Under the pieces are notes generated by a model that made no database searches, was not told the origin of the DNA, and worked only from the letters and a program-made list of their open reading frames with translations. DNA of 64,000 nucleotides, from the NCBI GenBank assembly GCA_037308085.1, contig CP147779.1, positions 1,728,001 through 1,792,000 of the forward strand, read 5' to 3'. Below, piece after piece: positions 29,937 to 40,229 of the stretch (its first letter is position 1; every line of letters begins with the position of its first letter). Position numbers and translations under genes: made by a program. This stretch comes from Promethearchaeati archaeon SRVP18_Atabeyarchaeia-1 (GTDB lineage: Archaea; Asgardarchaeota; Atabeyarchaeia; Atabeyarchaeales; Atabeyarchaeaceae).

Positions 29937-31068
29937 TTCTGTAAACTCCAACCTCGGTTGATTCAATCAAACCACGTTTTTTGTACCTTGAAAGGTACGC
30001 ACTGGGCGACTTGTATCCCATCTCTCTCATTTTGCTAGCAAAGTCTTTTGTGAGGAAGATACCACCTCTCTGTAAATGCTTTATCACTTGATTGAAGCTA
30101 GACAGTTTCCTCCTTCTGCCGCGGACCTTCAACATTTTTGTCACTCTTGAATTCTTGTTCCTCGGCAGAAATCCTATTTCATGGGCAAACCGTGGCAAAT
30201 CCTCTGAGTATATGTTGAGCGACCATTTTGCGCTGATTTTCCCCCTTCTGAGAGACGTCTTGTTTCTTCTAATCGACTCTGGGGCCACGGTGCTCTGTAT
30301 TTTGAAATGATGAAGTAGAACTAAGTGTTCACCAAGTAAGGTTGGTGGAGGATTTGCGAGAACAAGATTTGCTAGTTTCGGATGTGTGCGCTTGAGTTGA
30401 CCGAATGTCACTTTCTGTCCTACGGATATGTCGAGTTCACGTGTAAAGTCAGAGACATCGGTGGTTCTAACTAGGTGTATATATCTCTTTGATTTTGAAT
30501 TACTGGGGCTGCCCTCTGCTTCGAAAGCAATTCTGAGATACTCCCTACAGAATTCCTTGTTATGAAGAATGAATCTTGGTATACGTTCGGGGATCGGCAA
30601 GAGATATCTTATGGCGCTGGGGAAACGGGTCCTGGGTACATTTCTCGATTTTGTCTTATGCATGAAATGCAAAAGCTGCTTTCCCAGCAGATTTCTTAAT
30701 GAAGAAGAGAGTATTCCATGGAACACTTCTTCGGGCACATGCAATCTGAATTCGGTTCGGAATGAACCCTCTGACAGCATTACAGCATAGATTCTGACAT
30801 AGTCTAGATTGTCAAGATTTAGTGGCAGTCTTATCCTCAACTTGCGAGTCTTCTGCCTGACCCCGCGTACTGGGATGTAGCTGATTGAGTCCTCAGTTTT
30901 CCGTCTGCCGCCAAGACCTAAGAGCTTCTTGACTGATATGGAACCGGTTTTCGATTGCAGACCTTCTGGCAGTCTATTGAAGCCGACAAGAATACTCGGT
31001 CCAAGATCCCAGTAGTGTGTTCGCCTGACGTTAGGCGCAGTATTGGCGTATTCTTCCCAGCTTTTCAT
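29920..31068 (-). CDS. Free-standing double-motif LAGLIDADG endonuclease-like protein with C-terminal winged helix
   Basis: IYAVMLSEGS and YLRIAFEAEGS helices, LPRFAHEIGF, very basic; no flanking intein or intron context. Confidence 0.7.
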   Translation of the reverse strand: MKSWEEYANTAPNVRRTHYWDLGPSILVGFNRLPEGLQSKTGSISVKKLLGLGGRRKTEDSISYIPVRGVRQKTRKLRIRLPLNLDNLDYVRIYAVMLSEGSFRTEFRLHVPEEVFHGILSSSLRNLLGKQLLHFMHKTKSRNVPRTRFPSAIRYLLPIPERIPRFILHNKEFCREYLRIAFEAEGSPSNSKSKRYIHLVRTTDVSDFTRELDISVGQKVTFGQLKRTHPKLANLVLANPPPTLLGEHLVLLHHFKIQSTVAPESIRRNKTSLRRGKISAKWSLNIYSEDLPRFAHEIGFLPRNKNSRVTKMLKVRGRRRKLSSFNQVIKHLQRGGIFLTKDFASKMREMGYKSPSAYLSRYKKRGLIESTEVGVYRIKTRS

Positions 31069-31309
31069 GTTATATCGTCTTTTTTGGACGCATATAAGGT
31101 AAACAACTGGTAAAAGCGAGCCATTCAAAATTGAAGGAGAGCGGCGATATTCAATACACTGAAAGACCGCAAAACCATTGGTGTGGTTGTGCTAGAGATC
31201 TTTGTCAATCACGCAGTGCAGCGATGAATGCCTAAGACGATTATATATGGCGAACGGAGTTGGGTTAGCCTGGATGAATTCAATGTGGCAGCAACCGAGA
31301 GTCTTATGG

Positions 31310-31465
31310 TCCGCGGGGGAATGTGAATTGGTTGTCTGTGATGGGCCTACTTTTAGGCGCAGAATAGAATTCCTGAAGAGCGAGAAGGTCTGGGACAGCA
31401 AGACGGGGAGCTGGTACTTGAAGGTGGATGAGGCTGAACTCGTTCAGAATAGGGGCACCAAGTAA
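31310..31465 (+). pseudogene. dph6: Orphan 3' end of a second dph6 allele
   Basis: GECELVVCDGPTFRRRIEFLKSEKVWDSKTGSWYLKVDEAELV versus parent GCYETLVLDCPLFRKRIQIQDSHKIWERSSGYLQIDEARLV. Confidence 0.85.
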
Positions 31466-31466
31466 C

Positions 31467-31958
31467 TCAGAGAAATGACTTGAGAGCTCCATAGGACATT
31501 GTCTCGTTGATTTCTTCCACAAATCTGATCCTCTCTGCGTCGCCAGATGCAAGGGACCCCTTCAATATTATGGGCTTGAAGTCTAGGTCTTCGGCGCCCC
31601 TGTATGTGGATAAGACGCAGTACTCTGCGCAGTACCCAGTCAGGATCAGAGTGTCAACGCCGAGTTTCCTTAGTTTTTCTGCGAGTCCTGTCTTCGTGAA
31701 AGCGTTGCCATAGGTCTTTGCGATACGCGTGTCCTGAGGATCAAGCTTAACACTGTCTGGAACATCAAAGCCCGGTTTGCCTGGTACGAGTCCTTCCTCT
31801 TCGCTCTTGTGTTGGATGACGAAGATTGGGAGATTCTTCTTTCTAAAAAGGTCAATCGCTGCATTTATGTACTCAATGGCTGAGTTTAGGGAGTCTGAGG
31901 AAGCTCGGCTCTTGAAGAACTCATTCTGAATGTCTATCACGAGTAGGGCTGGTTTCAT
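31467..31958 (-). CDS. Isochorismatase-family cysteine hydrolase
   Basis: ALLVIDIQNEF, K...NAF and G..AEYCVLST motifs. Confidence 0.9.
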   Translation of the reverse strand: MKPALLVIDIQNEFFKSRASSDSLNSAIEYINAAIDLFRKKNLPIFVIQHKSEEEGLVPGKPGFDVPDSVKLDPQDTRIAKTYGNAFTKTGLAEKLRKLGVDTLILTGYCAEYCVLSTYRGAEDLDFKPIILKGSLASGDAERIRFVEEINETMSYGALKSFL

Positions 31959-31996
31959 TTCTTGCTCTCCTTCTTCGCTAGGTGTAGGATGGTGCA

Positions 31997-33265
31997 CTAC
32001 TCATAGACCTTTTCGTCCTCCTTATCTGACTCAGCGGCGTCGTGTTCCACGTCCCTGACTTTCTCTTTTAGCTCGCTAAGCTCCCTGTAGTATTCGTGCT
32101 GAATTATCAGGTTCATTATCTGGCTTGTGCCTGTCCAGATCATTGCAAGCCTCGAATCTCTGAGAAGTCTTTCGATCGGGTAGACGTTTGTGTATCCGAT
32201 TCCCCCGAGTATCTGCATCGAGTTGTTTAGGATCTCCCATGCGGCTTCCGTTGCAAACTTCTTGGCCTCGGAGGCCATGCGGCGCTGGAGTCCCGAGTCT
32301 TTCCGCTCATCGACTGTGCGAGCTGCGGCGTAAACCAAGCCTCTTGCGGCATCAAGTAGGGTGATCGAGTCGGCAACCATGAAGCTGACTGCCTCGAACT
32401 TGTTTATTGGCTTTCCAAATGCCTTTCTTTTCTCGCTGTACCTTGCAGCTATTTCGATGGCTGCCCGGGCAGTGCCGAGCGCTCCTGCTGCGCTGGTCAT
32501 CCTCTCAGGAATCATCATTTGCCAGAAGACGTCACTGGCGGAGTTCTCCTTCCAGAGCAGGTTCTCCGCTGGAACCTTGACGTCGTCGAAAACGAGTCTC
32601 CCCGCTCCTCCTCCTCGAGTGCCCATAAGTCCATAGACGTAATCGGCCCTCACTCGGGGGCCTCTGTCTACTAGGAAGGCGCTCAGTGATGCGTGACCGG
32701 GTGCATCGCTCCGCGTTTTTGCATAGGCGAGGAAATAGTCGGCACCATCGGCTCCAACCACGAACCGTTTCTGTCCCTTCAGAATATAGTCTTCGCCATC
32801 CTTCTTCGCCACAGTTGTCGTTCCGAAGAAATCTGAGCCTCCTCGGGGCTCGGTTAGCGCCTCAGCGCAACATAGCTTCCCTTCGAGTGTGGGCTTGAGA
32901 TATTTCGCTTTCTGCTCATTAGTTCCAAATACATTTAGTGCCTCTCCAACGATTATTGGAAGTGAGAATAAGCATCCAAGCGACATTCCAAGGACCCCTA
33001 TTTCCTCCAACGCGAGCACGTCGTCTACCCACTTCAGACCTCTTCCACCGTATTTGGGAGGGAATCGGAGTCCAAGCAAGTTTCTCTTAGCTAGGTTCTG
33101 CACGTACTCCTTAGGGTATCTGACCTTATCGGCGTCCATGTCGATAAGTAAGCTTCTTGGGACCTCATTCCTGACAAAATCTCTGACTTCATCCCTGAGC
33201 CTTCTCTGCTCAGGCGTGAGAAGCGCATCGAACATTATATCGTTATCCTCCGCGAAATCGCTCAC
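31997..33265 (-). CDS. Acyl-CoA dehydrogenase
   Basis: [14 protein letters not shown] and ILGGIGY..ERLLRD motifs. Confidence 0.93.
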   Translation of the reverse strand: MSDFAEDNDIMFDALLTPEQRRLRDEVRDFVRNEVPRSLLIDMDADKVRYPKEYVQNLAKRNLLGLRFPPKYGGRGLKWVDDVLALEEIGVLGMSLGCLFSLPIIVGEALNVFGTNEQKAKYLKPTLEGKLCCAEALTEPRGGSDFFGTTTVAKKDGEDYILKGQKRFVVGADGADYFLAYAKTRSDAPGHASLSAFLVDRGPRVRADYVYGLMGTRGGGAGRLVFDDVKVPAENLLWKENSASDVFWQMMIPERMTSAAGALGTARAAIEIAARYSEKRKAFGKPINKFEAVSFMVADSITLLDAARGLVYAAARTVDERKDSGLQRRMASEAKKFATEAAWEILNNSMQILGGIGYTNVYPIERLLRDSRLAMIWTGTSQIMNLIIQHEYYRELSELKEKVRDVEHDAAESDKEDEKVYE

Positions 33266-33315
33266 GGATCCATTCTGCCTATAATTGTCCGGACATATAA
33301 ACGCTTAGAAGTCGG

Positions 33316-34077
33316 TCAGGGTCGTCCGGAGGGGCTTTTGCCTCGTAGCGTATCGGTGATGAACTTCGTTAGTTTGCCTCTTTCGACAAGATAGTAGCGC
33401 TGCGAATTTGCTGTCTGAGGAACAAGTTTGTTCTTGATGATTATGACCTTCATTCCAGTCCTCAGTGCACCATCTACATCCGTCCCAGGGTTATCCCCAA
33501 TCGAAACACAGGACGCGGCATTAGTCTTGAGCCTATCCACTATCAAGGTGTAGGGCTCAGCGTCAGGCTTCACATTCGCCGTTTCCTCTCCTGCCACCAC
33601 TGTCGCATCGAACATCGCTGCCAAACCAGACGCTTCAATTCGCTCAGTTTTCATTCCTTTCGTTCCGTCCGTGTCGCTTATAAGGCCAAGCTTGATGCCT
33701 TCACGCTTGAGTGCCTGGAGCATGCTCTTCGTCCCAGGATAGATGGTTGATTTCTTCTTGATCGATTCCCAGTACAGCACCGAGGTCTCCGTGATTGCTG
33801 ACTCAGGCAGATCGGCGGGCTTACCTGAGTACCGCCTTAAGACCTTGGCCCACCATAAGTTTCTGTCATAGATCCTGTTTTGGTGCATCTCGATGTCGAT
33901 CTTCGAGATTATATCGGTCATCTTTCTTACATTATCTTCGCTGTCGTGCCATCCTAGTTGATCCAGCAGAAAAGCCGAGACTTTCTTATGGGTGTTCTTG
34001 CGAGGAGTAAAGGAGTCCACTAGTGTTCCATCGAAATCGAATACAGCAGCGCTTTCTTTTAGCATGTTCTCCGCCAT
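33316..34077 (-). CDS. HAD-superfamily hydrolase
   Basis: FDFDGTL, KP and IGDN..TD motifs. Confidence 0.9.
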   Translation of the reverse strand: MAENMLKESAAVFDFDGTLVDSFTPRKNTHKKVSAFLLDQLGWHDSEDNVRKMTDIISKIDIEMHQNRIYDRNLWWAKVLRRYSGKPADLPESAITETSVLYWESIKKKSTIYPGTKSMLQALKREGIKLGLISDTDGTKGMKTERIEASGLAAMFDATVVAGEETANVKPDAEPYTLIVDRLKTNAASCVSIGDNPGTDVDGALRTGMKVIIIKNKLVPQTANSQRYYLVERGKLTKFITDTLRGKSPSGRP

Positions 34078-34099
34078 ATATAGGCTTCACCGATTCCAC

Positions 34100-34363
34100 T
34101 CACTGATCATTACTTGAGGGGGCTGGCACTGATGCTGCGTCCGCTTTTCTTCTGTCTGGCAACTGCGAGTAGTTTCCATCAGAGGACCTGTATACGGCAA
34201 TTCGTGCAACCGACTGCCAAACGTCTTTTTCAAGCTTCCTGATCTCAACGCGGATGACCTCGGATTTCGGGTCACTTCTTCCCTGCCAAACTGACAAGTT
34301 CAGAAACTCCCCGGTTGAAAGCCGGGTAGAGAAGCGAGCTTTGGGATAATTCCGTTGTTCCAT
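34100..34363 (-). CDS. Small beta-rich hypothetical protein (possibly PC4-like)
   Basis: 87-aa ORF, GGAGG upstream, alternating beta pattern. Confidence 0.7.
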   Translation of the reverse strand: MEQRNYPKARFSTRLSTGEFLNLSVWQGRSDPKSEVIRVEIRKLEKDVWQSVARIAVYRSSDGNYSQLPDRRKADAASVPAPSSNDQ

Positions 34364-34433
34364 CTCAGCCTTCCTCCTCCGAATACCTCATTGATAATAT
34401 TGTTTTCACATGTCTATGAATATTGCTGCCATG

Positions 34434-34736
34434 CTACTCTTTCTCCATGATAGAAACTCTGAAAGAGTGCAGGTCCCCAGCCATTACTCCCTTCTTGATC
34501 GCCGGGTCATTCTTCATGAAGCTCTCTGCATCCTTAATGGATGTCGCACGGAAGATGACAATCCCGAACTCTCCATCCAAGCACGGACCGGCTAGAATCA
34601 CTCTTTTCTCCGCCAAGCCCTTCTTCAGGTACTCGAAGTGTTCATCGACGACTGCCTGTTCCTTGGGGGAGAAATTGCCAAAGGCTTCCCGTCTCGTCAG
34701 CCTTAAGACATACGCAAAAGTTGGAGTCTCATTCAC
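34434..34736 (-). CDS. YciI family protein
   Basis: EHFEYL, LAGP and DPA motifs. Confidence 0.85.
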   Translation of the reverse strand: MNETPTFAYVLRLTRREAFGNFSPKEQAVVDEHFEYLKKGLAEKRVILAGPCLDGEFGIVIFRATSIKDAESFMKNDPAIKKGVMAGDLHSFRVSIMEKE

Positions 34737-34932
34737 TTGGATCGCCTATAGTCTACCCCTTCATGGCTGGGATTGGGATCATGATCTACTCTCTAAAATC
34801 CCTTGTGGTCGAAGGCACGAAGCAGGTACGAAGAGTCAAATAGTCATCCAAACTTACTTGATCCAGTCTCACAGCAAACGTTATTTGGGATCGAAAGCCC
34901 TACCGTTCTGATGGCTTTCGTCGGATTGCGAC

Positions 34933-36249
34933 ATGATGTATGAGATCTACGGATTCCCGCACTGGGAAGCGAGGGGCTCAACTACGACAGACCTGATGGT
35001 CTATAATACCAAGTCTGAAAGGAAGGAAAAGTTCGAACCTTTAGAAAACAAGACAGTGAAGATCTATGTATGTGGTCCGACCGTCTACGATGTTCCTCAC
35101 ATCGGTCATGGAAGGTCATACGTCTTCTTCGACGTTGTAAGAAGGTACCTAGAGTTTCTCGGTTACCGGGTCACCTTGGTAACAAACTTCACTGACACAG
35201 AAGAGAGCATAACTAGGCGAGCCCATGAGCTTGGAAAACAACCTGCGAAACTCGCTGAAGAAATGATTCAGGTCTTCCTCAAAGAGATGGATCAACTCGG
35301 CGTAAAGAGAGCCGACATTTATCCGCGGGTAACAGAGCACATCAACGATATCATCGATATGGCACAACGCCTAGTACAGATGGGGTACGCCTACGTTGTT
35401 GATGGTGAGGTCTTCTTCGACGTCAAGAAGGCTGGAGGATATGGCGCCGTAGTGAATAGACCAGTTGAAGAGTTAATTGCAAGCGAAGGCGGAGAATCAG
35501 TTCCCGCCGCTTCCAGCGGGAAACGGAGTCCCAGCGATTTTGCGTTATGGAGGAAGGAGAAGCCAGGGGAACCGTCCTGGGAGAGTCCATGGGGGCACGG
35601 CAGACCAGGATGGCACATTGAATGTTCAGCAATGGCAACCAAGTACCTTGGCTCGATGATAGATATTGAGGGAGGAGGACAGGATCTCATATTCCCTCAC
35701 CACGAGTGTTCCAGCCTCATCTGTCAGACCCGCTTTGGAAAACCCTTCGCCAAGTACTATTTGCACAATGGATTCATAACCGTAAATAAGCAGAAGATGT
35801 CGAAGTCGAAGGCCAACTTCGTGACCCTTAGAGAAGTCTTGAAGAAATACGATTATCAAGTTGTTAGATTTTTCCTGCTCAAGAGACGGTATAGAGAGCC
35901 ACTTGAGTATGACGACAAAGAGATGGCTGAAGCGGAGAGAAACCTTGGAAGAATACAGGCTGCCATCAAGAAAGCTGTTAAAGCGTCCGCAGCCAAATCT
36001 GGCAAGGCGTGCATAGAAGCAGAGAAGAAGCTCGTCAGTGAACTCGTTGAAGCCAAGGGCAAATTCATTGAAGCCATGAACGATGACTTGAATACCGAGC
36101 AGGCCGTCAATACACTTCTGAGAGTTTCTTTGTGCATTGAAGAGTTTGCAGAGACATGCAAGCGCTTCACGAGCGAGGAAACGGGTCAAGAGGCAAAAGC
36201 CATTTGCAGGCAGTTCAATGACGTGATGGGAGTCTGCAGGAAACTGTAG
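34933..36249 (+). CDS. cysS: Cysteine--tRNA ligase-like protein, divergent and lacking the C-terminal anticodon domain
   Basis: CGPTVYD, HIGH, GRPGWHIECS, FPHHE, KMSKS and MNDDLNT motifs; ends right after the helical bundle. Confidence 0.85.
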   Translation: MMYEIYGFPHWEARGSTTTDLMVYNTKSERKEKFEPLENKTVKIYVCGPTVYDVPHIGHGRSYVFFDVVRRYLEFLGYRVTLVTNFTDTEESITRRAHELGKQPAKLAEEMIQVFLKEMDQLGVKRADIYPRVTEHINDIIDMAQRLVQMGYAYVVDGEVFFDVKKAGGYGAVVNRPVEELIASEGGESVPAASSGKRSPSDFALWRKEKPGEPSWESPWGHGRPGWHIECSAMATKYLGSMIDIEGGGQDLIFPHHECSSLICQTRFGKPFAKYYLHNGFITVNKQKMSKSKANFVTLREVLKKYDYQVVRFFLLKRRYREPLEYDDKEMAEAERNLGRIQAAIKKAVKASAAKSGKACIEAEKKLVSELVEAKGKFIEAMNDDLNTEQAVNTLLRVSLCIEEFAETCKRFTSEETGQEAKAICRQFNDVMGVCRKL

Positions 36250-36442
36250 AGTGAGTTCAGCACGACGTCTAATATCCACAGAATTCTTGTTCTCCACCTT
36301 CATGGATTAGAATACATATTGCGAATCGGAGATCTCAATTTCACTCAGCAAAAGACAAGATGCAGGGAGGTACAGGACAAAAAAAGGGGGAGAGAATCAT
36401 CGAAGACGCTCATTCTCCGGTTCTCTTTTGCAGGTCGGATAG

Positions 36443-36646
36443 CTATTTCGGTTTGACTTTCTTAACAGTCAAGTCTATCAAAGGGGCGTTGACATTGTTC
36501 TTGACAGACTGCATGCCCTCCATAGCCCCTTCTCTCTGATGATATGACTGGCTCGCTTGTGCGATACACTGACCGTTCGCAGCCCTCAATCTGAACCTGT
36601 ACTTTCCGCTCTTACCTTTGAAAAGCTCCCACTTACCTTCCGGCAT
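36443..36646 (-). CDS. YegP/DUF1508 family protein
   Basis: GKYRFRLRAANGQ.IA.S..Y motif. Confidence 0.85.
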   Translation of the reverse strand: MPEGKWELFKGKSGKYRFRLRAANGQCIAQASQSYHQREGAMEGMQSVKNNVNAPLIDLTVKKVKPK

Positions 36647-36919
36647 TTAGAAAACCTCCCTTTATGTGTGCTGACTTGTATATCGCTTCATCTATAAAAA
36701 CGCTCCCAATCTGGAATTGCTCAACTGGCTGTGGGAGATCTGTCGGTGGTCGTAAGAGAGAGGCGCTTTCTCGCACCGGGATACTTGTTTTGATGTTGGC
36801 GCGATGTCAATATCCTTATAAGCGAAGTTTTATCTCGCGTGAGTGAAATCCCAGATTTCGGCGGAGGGAAGCGGAGTGGCGCCGCGACTGGATTTCTGGT
36901 TTTCTTGCTTGGTGGAACC

Positions 36920-38344
36920 ATGGGCAGAAACGAGAAGCAACGCGCTACCGTTATCGGAGTCGTTGCGGCTTCTTTTTTGACTGGGATCAAGCTGATCGCA
37001 GGTATACTGAGCAATAGCCTCGCTGTTCTAGCTGAGGCGGCGCATTCAGGTCTAGACCTTGCTTCAGCGGCTCTCGGGTTCTTCGCCATAAGAGTCTCAA
37101 GTAAGCCTGCCGACAAGGAGCACCAGTATGGACATGGCAAGGCTGACACGATAGGAGGGTTCTTCGCAGCGCTTTTTCTTCTTGTGACATGCTTTTGGAT
37201 CATCTCGGAAGGTTACAGCAGACTAGTCCATGGAGGAGTCGGGCTGGACATTACTCTTTTGACCTTTGCCGTGATAATGATCTCGATAGCCGTGGACACC
37301 GAGAGAACAATAGTATTTCGCAGAATCGGAAAGAAAACCGGAAGTCCAACCATCCAAGGGGAAGCCCTGCACTTTGCGAGCGACATTGCGAGCTCATTTG
37401 CAGTGCTAGGTGGGCTCGCCCTCGTGAGCATTGGATACGTGAGTCTCGACGTGTATTTGGCGCTCGCCATAGCGGTGTACTTTGGGTACACCAGCATACA
37501 CCTAGTGGTCAGCAGGACCAATGAGCTTATCGACAGAGCCCCATCCCAGCTTCGCGGTCAAATTAGACGCATCGTGAAGTCGGTTGACGGAGTCGAATCC
37601 TGTGACCGGGTACGCGCAAGGAGAAGTGGTTCCGAGCTATTCGTCGATCTCGTCATAAGCGTCCATCCTAGGACGCCATTCGTCGCGTCTCATAGAATCG
37701 CCTCCAAGGTTGAGAAGGCAATCAAAAAAGAGTTCAAACAAAGTGATGTTGTCGTACACGTCAACCCAGGTTTCTACGGAGAAGAGATCATAGACGAAAT
37801 CAGGGAACTGGCACTTGCTGAAGGCGCCTCGGGGGTACATGGAGTTGAGATAGAATCCCATGGAGAAAGCCAGCGGATCAACTTTGACTTGGAGTTCCCA
37901 GGATCAACGTCGATTGGCAGAGGTCATGAAATTGCCTCTAGAGTGGAATCAGAGCTGCGAAAGGCGTTTCCAGAAATCACTGTAGTAACCACGCATCTTG
38001 AGCCAGAAGAGACAAAACAAGGGGCCCAGAAGGTTGATAGCAGGACACTCGTGGACAGAATCAGTGCCATAGCAGAGTCGAGAAAAGGTGTCCAGAGCTG
38101 CCATGAAATCTATGTGACCAAGATCGGCGATAATCTGCATGTGAGCATGCACTGCAACTTCGATGAGCGTCTCACGATCGCGAAGGTTCATGACATAATT
38201 TCATCATTGGAGCAGGAAATAAGGAGAGATTTGAAGGAAGTCGCCGATGTCACGATTCATTCTGAACCTATGCCCCTCAAGCCATTGTCGACGATGCCAG
38301 TAAAAAGTGTAGAATCAGACAAGAATCTGGGAAAAGCAGGATAG
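36920..38344 (+). CDS. Cation diffusion facilitator with three C-terminal dimerisation domains
   Basis: HSGLD, HQYGHGK and HFASD motifs; three H..AS.VE...V.H.P repeats. Confidence 0.9.
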   Translation: MGRNEKQRATVIGVVAASFLTGIKLIAGILSNSLAVLAEAAHSGLDLASAALGFFAIRVSSKPADKEHQYGHGKADTIGGFFAALFLLVTCFWIISEGYSRLVHGGVGLDITLLTFAVIMISIAVDTERTIVFRRIGKKTGSPTIQGEALHFASDIASSFAVLGGLALVSIGYVSLDVYLALAIAVYFGYTSIHLVVSRTNELIDRAPSQLRGQIRRIVKSVDGVESCDRVRARRSGSELFVDLVISVHPRTPFVASHRIASKVEKAIKKEFKQSDVVVHVNPGFYGEEIIDEIRELALAEGASGVHGVEIESHGESQRINFDLEFPGSTSIGRGHEIASRVESELRKAFPEITVVTTHLEPEETKQGAQKVDSRTLVDRISAIAESRKGVQSCHEIYVTKIGDNLHVSMHCNFDERLTIAKVHDIISSLEQEIRRDLKEVADVTIHSEPMPLKPLSTMPVKSVESDKNLGKAG

Positions 38345-38425
38345 GCGGGACTAGGCCCGCCAACACTTCGGACAAACACGAACAAAAAAGCCGATCCTCA
38401 AAGAGAGGTATTGTTCCGCTGCATC

Positions 38426-39163
38426 TCATTTCTTGAGGAGTCTAATTGTGTCTTTGTCCGTTCTCGAAACTATGCCTTTCTGCTCAAGCGATTCGATTGC
38501 CTTGGTCACGCTAGCAGAATTGATCTTAGTCGTCTTCTTCAGATCGTCTATCGAGATCTGACCGTTCTCACCGATTAGCTTGGACACTATGGTGACCTCA
38601 GGAGGTTCGGATTTCGTCTCACTCAACAGGAAGTGCGTAATCGGCTCCTTCTCCGACAGCTCCTTGGTTTTCCGCTGGAACTCGCTCCTTGCGTTCTCCA
38701 AGGTTTCAAATTCCTTTTCGTTTGAAAGGTTCAAGGTATCGAGGTTCCCATGGACGCTATTTGACTCTTTTTCGAGCTCCACGAGTTGAGCTTTTAGCGC
38801 ATCGGCTTTGGTCTGATATTGTTGAAGGGTACTCTGCATCTTGTCAATTTCCTTCTGGTTGTTTTTGATATCGGAAGAAGCTGATGAGTATCTCTTTTCG
38901 GTTTCCTTGGTCTTCTGCTCCAGCTGGTTGACTTCCGTCTTCAGTTCCTGCCTCCTCTCTTCGAGTCTCTCAATATTCTCGTCATGCACACCCATTTTCT
39001 TGTTGAATTCTCCCTGCTCTGCGCTAACCCTGACCGCTGCCTCTACGACCTTCCGGCTTTCACTTGAGAACGTGTCCCTTGCCTTTTGGATCGAGTTCTC
39101 CAGCTCGGTTATCCTCGCCTCGCTCTTGTTAATCAATTCTCTAATTTTGTCAATTTCGGACAT
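38426..39163 (-). CDS. Long coiled coil + C-terminal winged-helix protein
   Basis: About 175 aa of heptads, then ISIDDLKK...KAIESLEQKGIV. Confidence 0.8.
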   Translation of the reverse strand: MSEIDKIRELINKSEARITELENSIQKARDTFSSESRKVVEAAVRVSAEQGEFNKKMGVHDENIERLEERRQELKTEVNQLEQKTKETEKRYSSASSDIKNNQKEIDKMQSTLQQYQTKADALKAQLVELEKESNSVHGNLDTLNLSNEKEFETLENARSEFQRKTKELSEKEPITHFLLSETKSEPPEVTIVSKLIGENGQISIDDLKKTTKINSASVTKAIESLEQKGIVSRTDKDTIRLLKK

Positions 39164-39191
39164 TTTGCTTCAACCTCCAATGTTCTAACTC

Positions 39192-39935
39192 TCAATCCTC
39201 CAAGTGGCGGAGAACTCTGACGTCTCCCGCCTTCGAGTCGTACTGGAGAAATGCCTTTTTCGCTAGCGGCTTGATTATAGACTCGATTTCATTCCGCTTC
39301 AGCTGTGTCGTAGTCTCAAGATGCTGCATGGTAGTCGTGGACTGCTCCCGCAGGGCATCTATCACTCTGAGTTCGGGGAAGGATACTGCCTTCTCCTTCG
39401 CGAGTAATCGGAGGGCATTATGCTTAGCTCCCTTCGAAGCTAGTTCCAGCTGCGCATTATCGTGTGATTCTCTTAGAGATCGAATATCTGAGTCGTGCTT
39501 CTTCTTGAGCGATTGGAGCTCAGACTTCAGCTTGTCTACCTCGCGTTTCTTGTCATTCACGGATCGCTCTAGTTCATTCACTTGCTTGGAAGCGACTGCG
39601 ACTTCCTCTTTGATGCTCTCCAGCTTATTCTGGAGTTCCTTGACCTTGTCAACCTGCTCCGTGCTTGAGGTCTTCTCAGTGTAGGTAGATTGTCCCGAGG
39701 ATTTCCTTTTCTCTAACTCATCGATCTCCTTTTCGGTCTGAGTTACCTTCCTTGTCTTCTCGTCTTCGGTCTTACTCCTGTCTTTGACTTGTGACTCAAG
39801 GCGCCTGCCGAGGTCTGAGACTGCATTTAATGCATCGGATAGGTTCTTGGATTCCCTGTCCACGGCGGACAAGGCGTCTTTCATCGCCGCTTTCATCTTG
39901 TTAAGAGCAGATGTCATATTTGTGATCTCGGACAT
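39192..39935 (-). CDS. Long coiled coil + C-terminal winged-helix protein (partner of the adjacent gene)
   Basis: Same architecture, also starts MSEI; PELRVI...IESIIKPLAKKAFLQYD. Confidence 0.8.
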   Translation of the reverse strand: MSEITNMTSALNKMKAAMKDALSAVDRESKNLSDALNAVSDLGRRLESQVKDRSKTEDEKTRKVTQTEKEIDELEKRKSSGQSTYTEKTSSTEQVDKVKELQNKLESIKEEVAVASKQVNELERSVNDKKREVDKLKSELQSLKKKHDSDIRSLRESHDNAQLELASKGAKHNALRLLAKEKAVSFPELRVIDALREQSTTTMQHLETTTQLKRNEIESIIKPLAKKAFLQYDSKAGDVRVLRHLED

Positions 39936-40229
39936 ATTAGAAAATACCCCCATTCTTATCCATGTGGATGCTGATGGAATATCTCATTGCTAAACGCATA
40001 TTTAAACAAGTAGAACGGGAATTTCAAAAACCACTTCCTCTCTTTTTCTGGTGCGGCACTCCAAGTACTAGCGGGCATTGACTTTCGAGCTTTAATAGAG
40101 AAAGCACAGCCTGAGACTGCATCTTCAACCACGCAAAAACCATTGTCGTCGAGCCGATTTCTTGCCTGATCAATTGAAGGGAAATTGGCTGGCTCATGAG
40201 GAACGAACCTGAATGCATTTGAAGTCCAT

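Noticed and set aside
38426-39953. SMC, Rad50 or ESCRT-III genes
   Set aside because: No Walker motifs, hinge or zinc hook; continuous heptads do not match the Snf7 helical pattern.
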